Shown in pieces: positions 41,303 to 56,292 of a DNA stretch of 64,000 nucleotides. The stretch is from Eledone cirrhosa (lineage: Eukaryota). The stretch's first letter is position 1, and every line of letters begins with the position of its first letter. A program made the position numbers and the translations under genes. The notes beneath the pieces were generated by a model. The model did not search any database. It was given only the letters and a program-made list of their open reading frames with translations, and had not been told where the DNA came from. The stretch lies in NCBI GenBank assembly GCA_964016885.1, contig OZ024743.1, positions 356,748,001 through 356,812,000 of the forward strand. The letters run 5' to 3'.

Positions 41303-41616
41303 GCAGACATATATACACGCACAGACAGACACACACACACATACATACATACATGTATGTAAAGGATCATTTTAATTTAACAAAAAAAACTTTTATACAC
41401 ACACACACACACTCTCTACTGCAGACATATATACACTCACAGACACACACACATACATACAAACATGCATGCACACATACACACATATATATATACAAAC
41501 ATACGTATGTATGGTAAATGAAACAAAACAAACACGGATTCAAAAATGCAGTTATATTAGGTTCACGCTTGAAGGTAATGTACGTACGTATGTATGGAAG
41601 GATGTATAGGAGGATG

Positions 41617-41709
<93 letters not shown>

Positions 41710-41990
41710 ATGTATGTATGTATGTATGTGTACCCGCAGAAAGGCAACTTTTATTCAGAGCCTGCATGAAAGTGAAATGATTTTGAAAACTTTAACATTT
41801 GAAATCTTTAGATTTTTAAAAATATATATTTATTTTCATTTATCTTTTATTGTTTTCTTTTTAGTTGTTCGTTTTGTCATTTAAAAAAAATATATTTTAA
41901 TTGTATAAACGAATGCTTTTGGACAGAGTTAATTTCCTTCCCCTGCAATATATATATGTGCAACCACGCAGTATTCTACTTTCTTCTCAT

Positions 41991-42027
<37 letters not shown>

Positions 42028-42093
42028 CACACACACTCAGTATCGGTGACATACACACAGACACATGTATGTATATATATATAAATATATATG

Positions 42094-42156
<63 letters not shown>

Positions 42157-42634
42157 TATACACACACACATATATATATGGGTTCCGCTGCCAGTATATG
42201 CACATCTATACACACAATTATGCATATATATATTTATCCAGACATATACACAGGGTGCTTGACACAATGCGTGCCATAATCATTTTAAACCTGAGGAAGC
42301 CCACCCCAGTCCAAGTCTGAGCGCAGCCAATTCCTTCCTTCCAAAGAAAGAAAAGGGGGAGAAAAAGAAAAAATCGACCTCATTATTGGACTGATACTTC
42401 CTTTATCTACCTCGAAAGGATGAATGGTAAAGTTGACCCCAGCGGTGAGGTCAATAGTGAGCCGGAACATATAGCGTGGCGTCTTCAATCCGATACCCCA
42501 ACGATTTTGATAATATGCCGCCTGATAATACTCAAATGTATACATACATTATACAGACATATAATGTGTGTATATGACTGCATACGCAGACACAAACACA
42601 TAATATATATATATATATATATATAATGTATATA

Positions 42635-42985
42635 CTAGACCACCCGTGACCCGTTCTGTCAGTTCACTTCAAAATATTTTTTTAGAATCATGTTCACTTA
42701 AAAATAAATTTTAAATAATTAAAGTATACATAGACATGTATATAATGTGAAATGAAACAGGAAGATCCATATATATATAATACTTCTGTGATTGCTTCTT
42801 CTTCTTCTAGGCACTTCTTTCAGTGTCCATTGACATGCAGGAGTCCATGTTGTTTACATGTTTCTTGGTATGTTGCGCACTCCCTTCCTCTGAAGCACCT
42901 AAGATCCTCAAATGACGTTGGTCCTCGAACAGTATGCAGAAGTAGCCGTAAATAAAAACATTCTCTGTTGTAAACACGTCCAAAT
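42635..42985 (-). mobile_element. Helitron remnant: RepHel coding fragment (42782-42985) and probable 3' CTAG end (42635)
   Basis: FGRVYNRECFYLRLLLHTVRGPTSFEDLRCFRGRECATYQETCKQHGLLHVNGH*KKCLEE is the characteristic Helitron motif between the Rep and helicase domains. The minus strand ends GC-rich ...acgggtggtCTAG followed by T. Confidence 0.8.
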
Positions 42986-43444
42986 GTATGCGTATGTATA
43001 TATGTGGGTGTCTGTGATCTATATACACTGGTCATAGACACACACACACACATGTACACACACATATATATATACACACTCACATGTATATATACACAAC
43101 ACAACACAACATCACCAGCTCTCTCTCTCTCTTCCATTCTCCTGTTTTGTCTCCCCTCCCTCTCTCTTGGTCTCTCTTTCAATCTACTCTCTCACAACCA
43201 CTATCTATTTCTCTCTCTCTCTTTCTCTCTATGTTTATGAAGGTACCCGGAAAACCCCCGTATCTCGGGACCCGTGGTCCGATTTACGCGAAATGTGTTT
43301 TATTCCATTTGTATTCCCATTTCAAGGTCAACTTCCTTTCAAAGTATTTTCCCATAATGCGCCATTTTGACTGTATTACATTACAGACAAGCAAGCAATC
43401 ACAGAGTTTTAGTAGTAGTAGTAGCAATAGTAGTAGTAGTACAT

Positions 43445-43476
<32 letters not shown>

Positions 43477-43759
43477 CGTGGAAAAGGATCAGTAAGTCCG
43501 AAGAAAACTGGTGAGAGTACCAATGTCAGATGCCCGTGATTGGTCATTCTTTAGGCTTGTTTGTATCTGGCTGGTTCGTCTTCAAATTTGATGTCATTTT
43601 TGTTGTGTTAACACTGGTTTGAGGATGAGGCAGACTTTGAGTCTGGTCTGGGATGACCCCAGATCACGAGCCGGCTACCTGGGAAACATTTGTAACTGGG
43701 TTGAGCAATAACGTTCGTATGTAACACCTCCACTTTGTTCTTTATATATATATATATAT

Positions 43760-43830
43760 AGTTTCAGAAGATCCCGTTAAGGGTGAAAGCACCGATTCTT
43801 TGCTTAAACTTTAATCTGTTATTTTAATAA

Positions 43831-43835
<5 letters not shown>
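43760..43835 (+). mobile_element. Family C element with the CAGAAGA HHR variant (43760-43810)
   Basis: AGTTT-CAGAAGA-T-CCC gttaa GGG-T-GAAA-GCA ccgattctt TGC-T-T-AAACT between (TA)n tracts. Confidence 0.75.
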
Positions 43836-43866
<31 letters not shown>

Positions 43867-44851
43867 ACACGTATACACACTATGATGCTAGGTTGGAGTC
43901 GCTGGCAAGTTATATGACCGGAAGTAGGCGTCATTTCACGTGGGACAATATAGGTTATCAACTGAGGTTGGAGGGAAATCGTTGCGGCATAAGATTTAGG
44001 GATGCTGAAAGAGAGGGTGATGGTCGGGTGTTCGGGAATATATCTGCCACAAAATGTTTTTCCGCTCTCACTCCAGCTTTCAGTCTTTTTCCATTTAATT
44101 TACTGACCTACCATTTTACTCCAGAGGACCACGGATCTGGGACTTTTTTCATGGATTATTCCAGAATGTATCTAGATTTCCGTACCTAATTTAAAGATTT
44201 CTTCAAAAATAATGACGTTGTTTCAAGACAAACGGACAGACTTTCGTGCTTACTATCGTAATGTCAAGAATTCGATATCCGGTACCTTTAGCAATGCACT
44301 CAGTTGGAAAAAATGCCAAATTTGTCACACTATGTGTCATGCTGAATCTCTCTAAGAACAACGTTGAGATTACACGTGTCTGTGAAATGCTCAGACACTA
44401 GCATATTACTTTAACGAGTAGGCTGTTCTGTTGATCAAACAACTCGCATCGGATCCGATGGAGGTCTGACACTCACAGAGTTATAACAAAATAGATATGA
44501 GGATCACAAAGCAAGACCTTCTGTTGCATGCAGTTCCATCGACCACTGTTGTCATTATACACGTAAAAATACACACGTCAACCACTGGGCTGAAAATCTA
44601 TGTTAGTCGAATGCACAAAGGATGCAGCCCCTATTAACGATGGCTTTGTTAAATTACAATTCAAGACAGTAATCATTTAGGGTTACACGGCAGAAAAACT
44701 AACGTCTGATACAGGCTAATGCTAATAACTGTGATAAGAAAGTGGCTTTGCTCGGATTCCAGTCGATGACCACTACATATATTAGTGAACCCTTGTTGAC
44801 CCGTACTAATAGGGAGGATAAGGGTATCCATTTCAATTGATTGCTTGAGTT

Positions 44852-45017
44852 CAGTGGTTCTCAAAGTGGGTTCCGCAACGGAGTTTCTGGGTTCCGTGAA
44901 AAAAGTCAAAGGAGTATATTTATATTACGACCATATAACAGTATTAGACTTTGGGGTTACTACAAAAGTTTCTGAACCAAAAAGGGTTCCGCGTTTGAAA
45001 AGGGTTGGGAAACCCTC
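44852..45017 (+). mobile_element. hAT/Charlie-type MITE
   Basis: Starts cagtggttctcaaagtg, ends ggttgggaaaccctc; imperfect 8-bp flanks cttgagtt/ctctagtt. Confidence 0.78.
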
Positions 45018-45665
45018 CTCTAGTTAACCGCTGGCAGTGTTTAATATTGTATAAGTATAGGATATTGGATATATATACACTATATGCTAAACAGTAATAC
45101 AATTACCGAAAATATTTAAAGCACCATATAACTTTATAAAATATATTTCAGAATATGTTTTATCATAGAAAGTAATAACTTGGCATAAATTTTAATTAAA
45201 AGATAGTTCAGAATAAATCGGAGGTATTGCCCCTTGAGGTGGAAAAAGGGAAGAATCGCTTGCCAGTGATTACGTAAACAACTAAATTCAATTAAGTGCA
45301 TTAAATTTATATTTTGTGTCATATACTTCTTCGGGATATGTAGAATATGATGGTTGAAAAATAGCCATTATCCAGATATCAAAACACTGGGTTATGATAG
45401 CCGCCTCAAAGATTTGTGGTGTTTTATAAAATCCTTAAAAATTCTAACCTGCCGAAATCCAAGCTCGTAACATCTGTAGGCCGAAAAGCTGTCGGGTATG
45501 CGGCTGTTGTAAAATCCGATACCCAGAGGCGATTCCCCACCTCAAGAGTTTATATATTCGATTTATTCTCAACTATATTGTAGTAAAAATGTGTGGGTTG
45601 TGGCATTTTGCATGATAGCAAAATATACTTTGATATGCAAATATATTTGATATTCAAATTTATTT

Positions 45666-45718
<53 letters not shown>

Positions 45719-45719
45719 C

Positions 45720-45777
<58 letters not shown>

Positions 45778-45812
45778 ATTTATATATATATATATTTATA
45801 TATATATATATT

Positions 45813-45847
<35 letters not shown>

Positions 45848-45850
45848 ATT

Positions 45851-45881
<31 letters not shown>

Positions 45882-45914
45882 ATTTATATATATATATATT
45901 TATATATATATATT

Positions 45915-45945
<31 letters not shown>

Positions 45946-46389
45946 ATAAATATATATATATATTTTAATAAATATATATATATATATTTATATATATATT
46001 TATATATATATATATAATTATATATATATTTATATTATTTATATATATTTATAAATATATATATATATTTATGTATATATATTTATATATATATATTTAT
46101 ATATATATATTTATATATATATATATTTATATATATATTTATATATATATATATTTATATATATATATTTATATATATATATTTATATATATTTATATAT
46201 ATATATATTTATATATATATATATATATTTATATATATTTATATATATTTATAAATATATATATATATTTATGTATATATATTTATATATATATATTTAT
46301 ATATATATATTTATATATATATATTTATATATATATTTATATATATATATTTATATATATATATTTATATATATATATTTATATATATT

Positions 46390-46426
<37 letters not shown>

Positions 46427-46460
46427 ATATATTTATATATTTATATATATATTTATATAC

Positions 46461-46503
<43 letters not shown>

Positions 46504-46517
46504 TATATACATATATT

Positions 46518-46594
<77 letters not shown>

Positions 46595-46932
46595 CTATAT
46601 ATATATGTGTGTGTGTGTGTTTTATAAAATTATTTAACATTACAGTATAAAATAATTAAAAGTTATTGCCGTAAATTATTAATTTCATTCACTTGTGGTA
46701 ATTGACGGACAACAGACACAGAGAGGGCGTTCACAAATCAATAATCGATTTTTATGCGATTACACGCACACATACACGCAATTTGATATATGCATATCGA
46801 TAGGCATATATACATATACATGCATGCAGATATATATATATATATTTATATATATATATACACTCACATATATGAACATAAACCCATATATATATAAATA
46901 TATAGATATAGATATATAAATAATATACATAT

Positions 46933-46964
<32 letters not shown>

Positions 46965-47017
46965 CATATATAATATATATATGTAATATACATATATATA
47001 TATATATAATCTATATA

Positions 47018-47063
<46 letters not shown>

Positions 47064-47358
47064 GCACATATGTATGTATATGTATTGAACATGTTACAAC
47101 ATGGAATTTCGGGATGCTGATTTTCCAGTCGGTTGCCCTTCATGACATAAAATTCTCTTGACGTTAACCTTTTAATCGGATTTTACAAATTGCATAGGGG
47201 ACTTTATGTTTGTGAACCAGTTAAGAGCGGATTAAATATTGTAAGCATGCAAATATAGTAGTTCCTACAGAGAACCTAGGCAAGAAGTCATCATTACGCC
47301 GTACACATACATTTTATATATGTGTTTGGGTGTGTGTGTTTTTATATATATATGTGCA

Positions 47359-47422
<64 letters not shown>

Positions 47423-47459
47423 TGTATGTATTGAGATATATATATATGGATGTATGTAT

Positions 47460-47529
<70 letters not shown>

Positions 47530-47663
47530 GTGTATATATGTGTGTGTGTGTTTTTATATATATGTATGTATATGTGTATATAAATATATATATATAGATG
47601 TATGTATTGAGATATATATATATGGCTGTATGTATTGAGATATATATATATGGATGTATGTAT

Positions 47664-47719
<56 letters not shown>

Positions 47720-47822
47720 ATATATATATGTGTATATATATATATATGTGTGTGTGTGTTTTTATATATATGTATGTATATGTGTATATAAATATATATA
47801 TATAGATGTATGTATGTATTGA

Positions 47823-47861
<39 letters not shown>

Positions 47862-47955
47862 GTGTGTATATATATATATGTATGTATGTGTGTGTGTGCG
47901 TATATATGCATATATATGTATGTATATATATATTATATGTGTGTGTGAATATATT

Positions 47956-47987
<32 letters not shown>

Positions 47988-48229
47988 TGTATGTATGTGT
48001 GTGTGTATTTATATATATATATATGTGTGTGCGTATATCATATATATATATATTTCAAAGTCTGTTTGCATTTTTTGTTTGATAGTTTCTTTGAAAAGCT
48101 GCCACAATACATATGAACTATAAAATAGTCGAATAAGTCGGGTAAATTACCCCTGGTGACGGGAAAAGAAGCGACACAGACGCCTGGATATGGCGTAAAT
48201 TCAACACCAACACATGGACACACGCAAAC

Positions 48230-48263
<34 letters not shown>

Positions 48264-48459
48264 ATCTATATCTATGTGTGTGTATCTATGTGTGTGTGTG
48301 TGTGTGTGTATGTGTGTGTGCGTGGGTGTGTATATATATCTATATATATATATATATATATCTGTGTGTGTGCACACATATATATGCACACACGCACACA
48401 CACATATATATATACGCATATAGATATAGATAGGTAGATACATATATATATATATATAC

Positions 48460-48525
<66 letters not shown>

Positions 48526-49002
48526 GGGTGGGGTGCGTGTTTGTCGGCATGGCAGTTGTAGTTTATAATATTTATCATTCTACTACTGTTTTACTGCTTT
48601 TAGTCATTAAGACTGCGGACATACTCTTTTTTAACTCTCATATTTATTCTCTTGATATCTTTTTGTCGAACCACTAAGTGACCGGACATAACTTCACGTA
48701 CAGTCAAAGATATTAACATAGACACAGGCACACTTATGCATGCACTGACAAACACACTCACACACACACACACACACGTCGAGCTCATGCAGTGTCCATC
48801 CACCAAATTTAATTCAGAAGACATTGTATAACCCGATTCCATACCCAAGGTGCTACACTACGCCGTGAGACTGGACCAGTACCACGTGATTACGAAGTGG
48901 ACTTCTTAACCACACAGCCATGCTTGCGCATATCTATCTATCTCTCTATATATATTAGGGTGAAAGCAGCGATTCTTTGCTTAAACTTAATCTGTTATTT
49001 TA

Positions 49003-49066
<64 letters not shown>

Positions 49067-49121
49067 ATGTATAAATATTTGTTTTGCGAGGCTTTTCATA
49101 TGAAATCGTTTGTCGAAACAA

Positions 49122-49496
49122 ATATTGTTATACTGGGGGAGTGTCATATTGTTGTAATAATATTGCCAGAATGAATAACGAAACACACTCACTGTTTGGT
49201 TGGTTTTCGCTTCTGTATATTTTATATCAGTTAATTTATTCGGTCCTCAATGTTTACCATTGACTGACCAACGGTAAAAAAATACAGATATAATATAGAC
49301 ACAAACACATATATATAGTCTAACAAAGTTCTTTCGTTGCACATCTGCAATATCGTCAGTGGTGCTATTATATTCCGAATAAATTAACTGATATAAAAGA
49401 TACAGAAGCGAAAACCAACCAAACAGTGAGTGTGTTTTGTTATTAATTCTAGCAATATTATTGCAACAATATGACCCTCCCCAAGTATAACAATAT
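49122..49496. mobile_element. PLE pLTR inverted pair (~122-bp arms) with an HHR in the spacer
   Basis: Arms at 49122-49243 and 49375-49496. The spacer minus strand reads CTGACGA-TA-TTGCA gatg TGCAA-C-GAAAGAACTT. The terminus atgaccctcc..aagtataacaata matches the PLE end at 18387-18410. Confidence 0.78.
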
Positions 49497-49497
49497 G

Positions 49498-49529
<32 letters not shown>

Positions 49530-50744
49530 CAAAAAGTAAACGAAAATGCAACACAGGGAAACGATGCAGTAGTATGTTTAAAGTAGATTAACGCTTGATA
49601 CAGTAATAGGTAGGAGTTTTAACGCTTCGGACGTTAGTTCTTCATCAGAAGATATAATAAGAGATAAAAAAGAAATAGAAAAAGGTGGGAGTAAGAAGAG
49701 GAAGAAATGGAGGAACAAAAGCTATTATTTTATGAGAGAAAGCGCGTGGGTATTTAGTCAACCATATTTAGTGGGTGTGGTGAGAAGCATTAATGCAATA
49801 TAACTCTAAATTACTAGTTTATCATACACATGTTTTCTCACCATACAGAGAGATGGGGAAGGCGAGAGAGATGGAGGCGATGAGAGTGGGAGTTCGGAGC
49901 ATATCCTTGTGGTTGTGTTCATTATCTATAGAGTTCATGTATTGAGTAACTGGTTAGAATTATGTTTGTACATAATATTATATTTACAGACGAGAAAAAA
50001 CAATGTAGACTTTTAGCCAATCACTTTTTCTATTGATTCTAAAAAGTTTACTTAACAGACAATTCGAAGTCTTCGTGTACAAGTTCATTTGGAAGCTTCT
50101 ATCTGCCTTAGTTCAGCGATTACCAGCCATGTGTTTACCGGCGTGCGGCGACAGCAACAGCTAAATTGCCATTCTTGGACGATGTGCCACCGTATCATCC
50201 ACCCCACTTTGAACCATGTTTGAACTATATGCTGAAGCATGTATTTAATTAATATAGAATGCCAACATCCATTGTGTCAACTTAACTTTACAAACAGAAG
50301 TTTATCAATGATGGAAATATTAAATAAAAGATAAAAATATAATTAAGTAAGGAAAAAAAACAAGGGCGAAAGGGTAAAGAAGGGCAGATCTGGCTACATG
50401 TGAAAGTAGAGGAAAGCACTATAAATACCATAAATGAGATGAAAAGGAAGGAAAGAGCAAGGATTATTGGGCAATGAGAGAAAGATAGGGGGAGGGGAGA
50501 GGGTGGCAGATTATGTGCTTAGATCGGGGTGATGTTTCGGCTGCACCTCACGGAAAACATCCAAAGGCATTTCCGTGTACAACCCACTATAACAACCATC
50601 CCACCTCGAGGGGCTCCTTCCTCAGATGCGCTGCTGACGTTTCGATTTTACGGGAGAGCTCGGCTGTACGGGGTCCGAGGACGCATATCCGAATTACAGA
50701 ATCAAATATATCATGTTGAACAACTCCATAGACTACATATAATG

Positions 50745-51140
50745 ATACTCTTCTCTCATGCACTATATCCACTCATACTCCACTCTCATAGAATATATCC
50801 ACTCATACTCCACTCTCATAGACTATATCCACTCATACTCCACTCTCATAGACTATATCCACTCATACTCCACTCTCATAGACTATATCCACTCATACTC
50901 CACTCTCATAGACTATATCCACTCATACTCCACTCTCATAGACTATATCCATTCATACTCCACTCTCATAGACTATATCCACTCATACTCCACTCTCATA
51001 GACTATATCCATTCATACTCCACTCTCATAGACTATATCCACTCATACTCCACTCTCATAGACTATATCCATTCATACTCCACTCTCATAGACTATATCC
51101 ACTCAAACTCCACGCCATACTCTATATCCCGTCATACTCC
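50745..51140. repeat. 30-bp minisatellite, about 13 copies
   Basis: Unit gactatatccactcatactccactctcata. Confidence 0.97.
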
Positions 51141-51534
51141 ACCCACATGTGCTAGACTTTGGTCAGTTACTATGATGTGTGTTCCAGTAGTTTGATCAAT
51201 GGAACTGTTGGCTTATGAAATTAACTTGCAAGTGGTTGAGTTTTCCATAGACAGGAGAACCCTGAACGTACTTCTTAGTGTGTATCATGTCTGGCCCTTT
51301 GAATAACATGTGTACAGGATATTTTTCCAGCTGAGTGGACTGGTGCGGCCTGACGTAAAGTATCTTGTTCAAGCATAACTAGCGCTCCCGGGGGTCGAAT
51401 TTATGAACTTACGATCATGAGCCAAGCGCCCTAACCGCTAAGCCACGAGCCTTCCCAACATACATACATAAATCGCTCGCTCTGATCGATCGACAAGATC
51501 CCAGACCTCGTTCGCTTGCCGAGTGGGGTGAACC

Positions 51535-51722
51535 TCGTCAAATCGAACCAAGGAAACAATGTTTCCATTGCTGAATACTATCTACCGGTCGCAACTCCTT
51601 GTAGAAATAGCAACGAGAAATAAAGTGTCTTGCTCAAGGACCCAAACGCATCACACGGTCCGAGAATTGAACTCGTAACCTCACGATTGTGAATCAAACT
51701 CTCTAACCTCTAAATCATGTGC
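51535..51722 (-). mobile_element. SINE family M, diverged
   Basis: aaggaaacaatgtttcc..ggtcgcaactcc..aaataaagtgtcttgctcaagg. Confidence 0.75.
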
Positions 51723-51788
51723 CAGACATGCATACACAAATGTAATTATATTTGCATTTAGGATATCTTCGCTCCACCCCCTTAAACA

Positions 51789-52080
51789 GACTTTGATACC
51801 CTAACCCCCACTCTAGCCTGACTTTGATACCCTAGCCCCCCTCTAACCCGACTTTGATACCCTAGCCCCCACTCTCACCTGACTTTGATATCCTGACCCC
51901 CACTCTAACCTGACTTTGATACCCTAGCCCCCACTCTAACCTGACTTTGATATCCTGACCCCCACTCTAACCTGACTTTGATACCCTAGCCCCCACTCTA
52001 ACCTAACTTTGATACCCTAGCCCCCACTCTCACCTAACTTTGATACCCTAGCCCCCACTCTAACCTGACTTTGATACCCC
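51789..52080. repeat. 31-bp minisatellite, about 9 copies
   Basis: Unit gactttgataccctagcccccactctaacct. Confidence 0.96.
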
Positions 52081-52254
52081 GAACTCCACCCAACTATCGA
52101 CATATATACAAACTATACAGTGTCACCTCCTGTCTATCTTCCTACACCTCTCACTATTAACAAAAAAGGAAATTAAACACGGTGGGGGGGGGGGGGGGGT
52201 TATGTTTCGGTTTGTGGTGATCAGATGTGAATAGAATAAGTTTTGTCTTCCTTA

Positions 52255-52560
52255 TCAACTACAACAACAATTACAAGAACAGCAACAACAACAACAACAG
52301 CAGCAACAACAACATAAACTACATCAACAACAACAACATAAACTACAACAACATAAACTACATTAACAACAACATAAACTACAACAACAACAGCAACATC
52401 AACAACAGCAACATAAACTACAACAGCAACAACAGCACCACAAACTACATCAAAAACAACAGCAACAACAACATAAACTATATCAACAACAGCAACAACA
52501 ACAACATAAACTACAACAACAGCAACAACAACAACATAAACTACATCAACAATTACAAGA
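52255..52560. repeat. (AAC)n-derived low-complexity tract
   Basis: Runs of aac/agc/ataaactac. Confidence 0.9.
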
Positions 52561-52592
52561 TGAAGAAAGACTAAATAAATAAAAAAGAGAAG

Positions 52593-52780
52593 ATAATTGT
52601 TTCTACTTTAGGCACAAGGCCAGCAATTACCCAGTGCATTACTGGTACTTTATTTTATCGACCCCGTAAGGATGAAAGGCAAAGTCAACCTCGGAGGGAT
52701 TTGAACTCAGATCGTAAAGGGACGTAACTATGCTGGAAAGCATGGCGTCCGACCCTCTACCGATACTGCCAATCCACCAC
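52593..52780 (-). mobile_element. SINE family F
   Basis: Full-length reverse complement. Confidence 0.9.
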
Positions 52781-52844
52781 CCTTAAAAAGAGAAGATAAT
52801 GGGGGCAAAATATATATTTTTTAAATACAAAAGAAAGAACATCA

Positions 52845-53560
52845 CAAACATCATGTCACACATACACACACACATCATGCCACACATACACCATGCCACA
52901 CATACATACACACACGTGTACACATAAACACACACACACAGAAACATCATGCCACACATACACACACACACGTGTACACATAAACACACACACAAACATC
53001 ATGCCACACATACACACAAACATCATGCCACACATGCACACACACACACACATCATGCCACACATACACACACACAGGCGTGTACACATAAACAGACATC
53101 CACAGAAACATCATGCCACACATACACACACACACACGTGTACACATAAACAAACACGCACACAAACATCATGCCACACATACACACACACACGTGTACA
53201 CATAAACACACACAGAAACATCATGCCACACACACACACACACAAACATCATGCCACACATACACACACACACACATGTACACATAAACATACACACACG
53301 TGTACACAAACACACACACACAGAAACATCATGCCACACATACACACACACACGTGTACACATAAACACACAGAGAAACATCATGCCACACACACACACG
53401 TGTACACATAAACACACACACAAACATAATGCCACACACACACACACATGTACACATAAACACACACACACGTGTACACATAAACACACACACACAGAAA
53501 CATCATGCCACACATACACATACACACGTGTACACATAAACACACACAGAAACATCATGC

Positions 53561-53592
<32 letters not shown>

Positions 53593-55010
53593 TACACAAA
53601 CACACACACACACAGAAACATCATGCTACACATACACACACACACGTGTACACATAAACACACACATACGTGTACACATAAACACACACACACAGAAACA
53701 TCATGCCACACATACACACACACACGTGTACACATAAACACACACAGAAACATCATGCCACACACACACACACACACACACACACGTGTACACATAAACA
53801 CACACACACGTGTACACATAAACACACACACACAGAAACATCATGCCACACATACACACACACACGTGTACACATAAACACACACAGAAACATCATGCCA
53901 CACACACACACACACACACACACACGTGTACACATAAACACACACACAAACATCATGCCACACATACACACACACACATGTACACATAAACACACACACA
54001 CACACACGTGTACACAAACACACACACACAGAAACATCATGCCACACATACACACACACACGTGTACACATAAACACACACAGAAACATCATGCCACACA
54101 CACACACACACACACACGTGTACACATAGACACACACACAAACATAATGCCACACACACACACACACACATGTACACATAAACACACACACACGTGTACA
54201 CATAAACGCACACACACAGAAACATCATGCCACACATACACACACACACGTGTACACATAAACACACACAGAAACATCATGCCACACACACACACACACG
54301 TGTACACATAAACACACACACACAGAAACATCATGCCACACATACACACACACACGTGTACACATAAACACACACAGAAACATCATGCCACACACACACA
54401 CACACACACACACACGTGTACACATAAACACACACACAAACATCATGCCACACATACACACACACACATGTACACATAAACACACACACACACACACACG
54501 TGTACACAAACACACACACACAGAAACATCATGCCACACATACACTCACACACGTGTACACATAAACACACACAGAAACATCATGCCACACACACACACA
54601 CACACACACGTGTACACATAGACACACACACAAACATAATGCCACACACACACACACACACATGTACACATAAACACACACACACGTGTACACAAACGCA
54701 CACACACAGAAACATCATGCCACACATACACACACACACGTGTACACATAAACACACACAGAAACATCATGCCACACACACACACACACGTGTACACATA
54801 AACACACACAAACATCATGCCACACATACACACACACACATGTACACATAAACACACACACGTGTACACAAACACACACACACAGAAACATCATGCCATA
54901 CATACACACACACGTGTACACATAAACACACACAAACATCATGCCACACATACACACACACACATGTACACATAAACACACATACAGAGAAACATCATGT
55001 GACATACAAA
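52845..55010. repeat. Compound (CA)n-based satellite with aaacatcatgcc and cgtgtacacataa modules
   Basis: Dozens of alternating modules separated by variable (CA)n. Confidence 0.95.
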
Positions 55011-55116
55011 TATCACGTGACAAACACAAACATCCATTTACCAATTTCTTTATTTTTTCTCTGTCTTTCCTTTCTTCGCTTTTTGCTTTTAATTCCTTCA
55101 CTGCTGCCAACATCTC

Positions 55117-55800
55117 CACCACCACACCACCACCATGACAACCACCATCACCACTACAACCACCACCACCACCACACCACCACCATGACAACCACCATCA
55201 CCACTACAACCACCACCACCACAACACCACCACCATGACAACCACCATCACCACTACAACCACCACCACCATCATCATCATCACCATCATCATCACCACG
55301 ATCATTATCACCACCACCACCACCACCACCACACCACCACCATGACAACCACCATCACCACTACAACCACCACCACCACCACACCACCACCATGACAACC
55401 ACCATCACCACTACAACCACCACCACCACCACACCACCACCATGACAACCACCATCACCACTACAACCACCACCACCACCACACCACCACCATGACAACC
55501 ACCATCACCACTACAACCACCACCACCATCATCATCATCACCATCATAAATACGACGGACACGACTATCACCACGATAACCACCATCACGGCAACCACCA
55601 TCATCACCATGACAACCACCATAACCACGACAACCACCACAACCACCACCACCACCACCAACACTACCATCACAAAAACCAGGACAGACACCGCAACCAC
55701 CACAACCATCACGGTCACCGCCACCACCAATAATACCACCACCACCACCATGCTCGTTACTAACAATATCAGCATCATCAACATCGTAATCACCATACAT
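55117..55800. repeat. (ACC)n-rich tract containing ~47-50-bp repeats
   Basis: Repeated catgacaaccaccatcaccactacaaccaccacc. Confidence 0.92.
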
Positions 55801-55963
55801 ACTAACCGGTTCACGCTTCACCAAATGATTAAAATACAAAGAAAACTTTTAGTTTTGTTTTAAATCTATTTAATGTCACTCTTGTTATACCTTTAAGTCT
55901 TTTTAGGGGTCACTACTTTTTGGTTGGCATCTTCATATTCTCTTTTATTGGGATGCATCCACA

Positions 55964-56093
<130 letters not shown>

Positions 56094-56292
56094 GGTAAAG
56101 AACCAGGTGGACCATAACGCACCAAAGTACTCAATACTTAGGGTAGTAGAGTGGGTAATAGGAACAAGTAAGACCCCGACGGCTGAGCTCAAGCCGTTTC
56201 GACGGCTAATTCTGTCGGTTTCGACGGCTAATTCACAGAATTAGCCGTCGAAACGGCTTGAGCTCAGCCGTCGGGGTCTTACTTGTTCCTAT
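56094..56292. mobile_element. Family A element: tail plus a perfect palindrome with 58-bp arms, containing the 3' half of an HHR
   Basis: Arms at 56158-56215 and 56235-56292; GAAA-CGGCT tgagctc AGCCG-TC-GGGGTC at 56250-56278. Confidence 0.85.

Noticed and set aside
43863-44189. 108-aa ORF as a host exon
   Set aside because: No recognisable domain; it starts in a microsatellite and is more likely a decayed retroelement fragment.
50605-50655. Minus-strand GAAACGTC...CTGAGGA as a permuted (type II) hammerhead
   Set aside because: Stems I and II do not pair convincingly.
50529-51195. ORFs with RLYPLILHSH or DYIHSYSTLI decapeptide repeats
   Set aside because: Explained by a 30-bp minisatellite that is open in two frames; no splice or homology support.
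51789-52080. Telomeric (CCCTAA)n array
   Set aside because: Only isolated ccctaa/ccctag words within a 31-bp unit.
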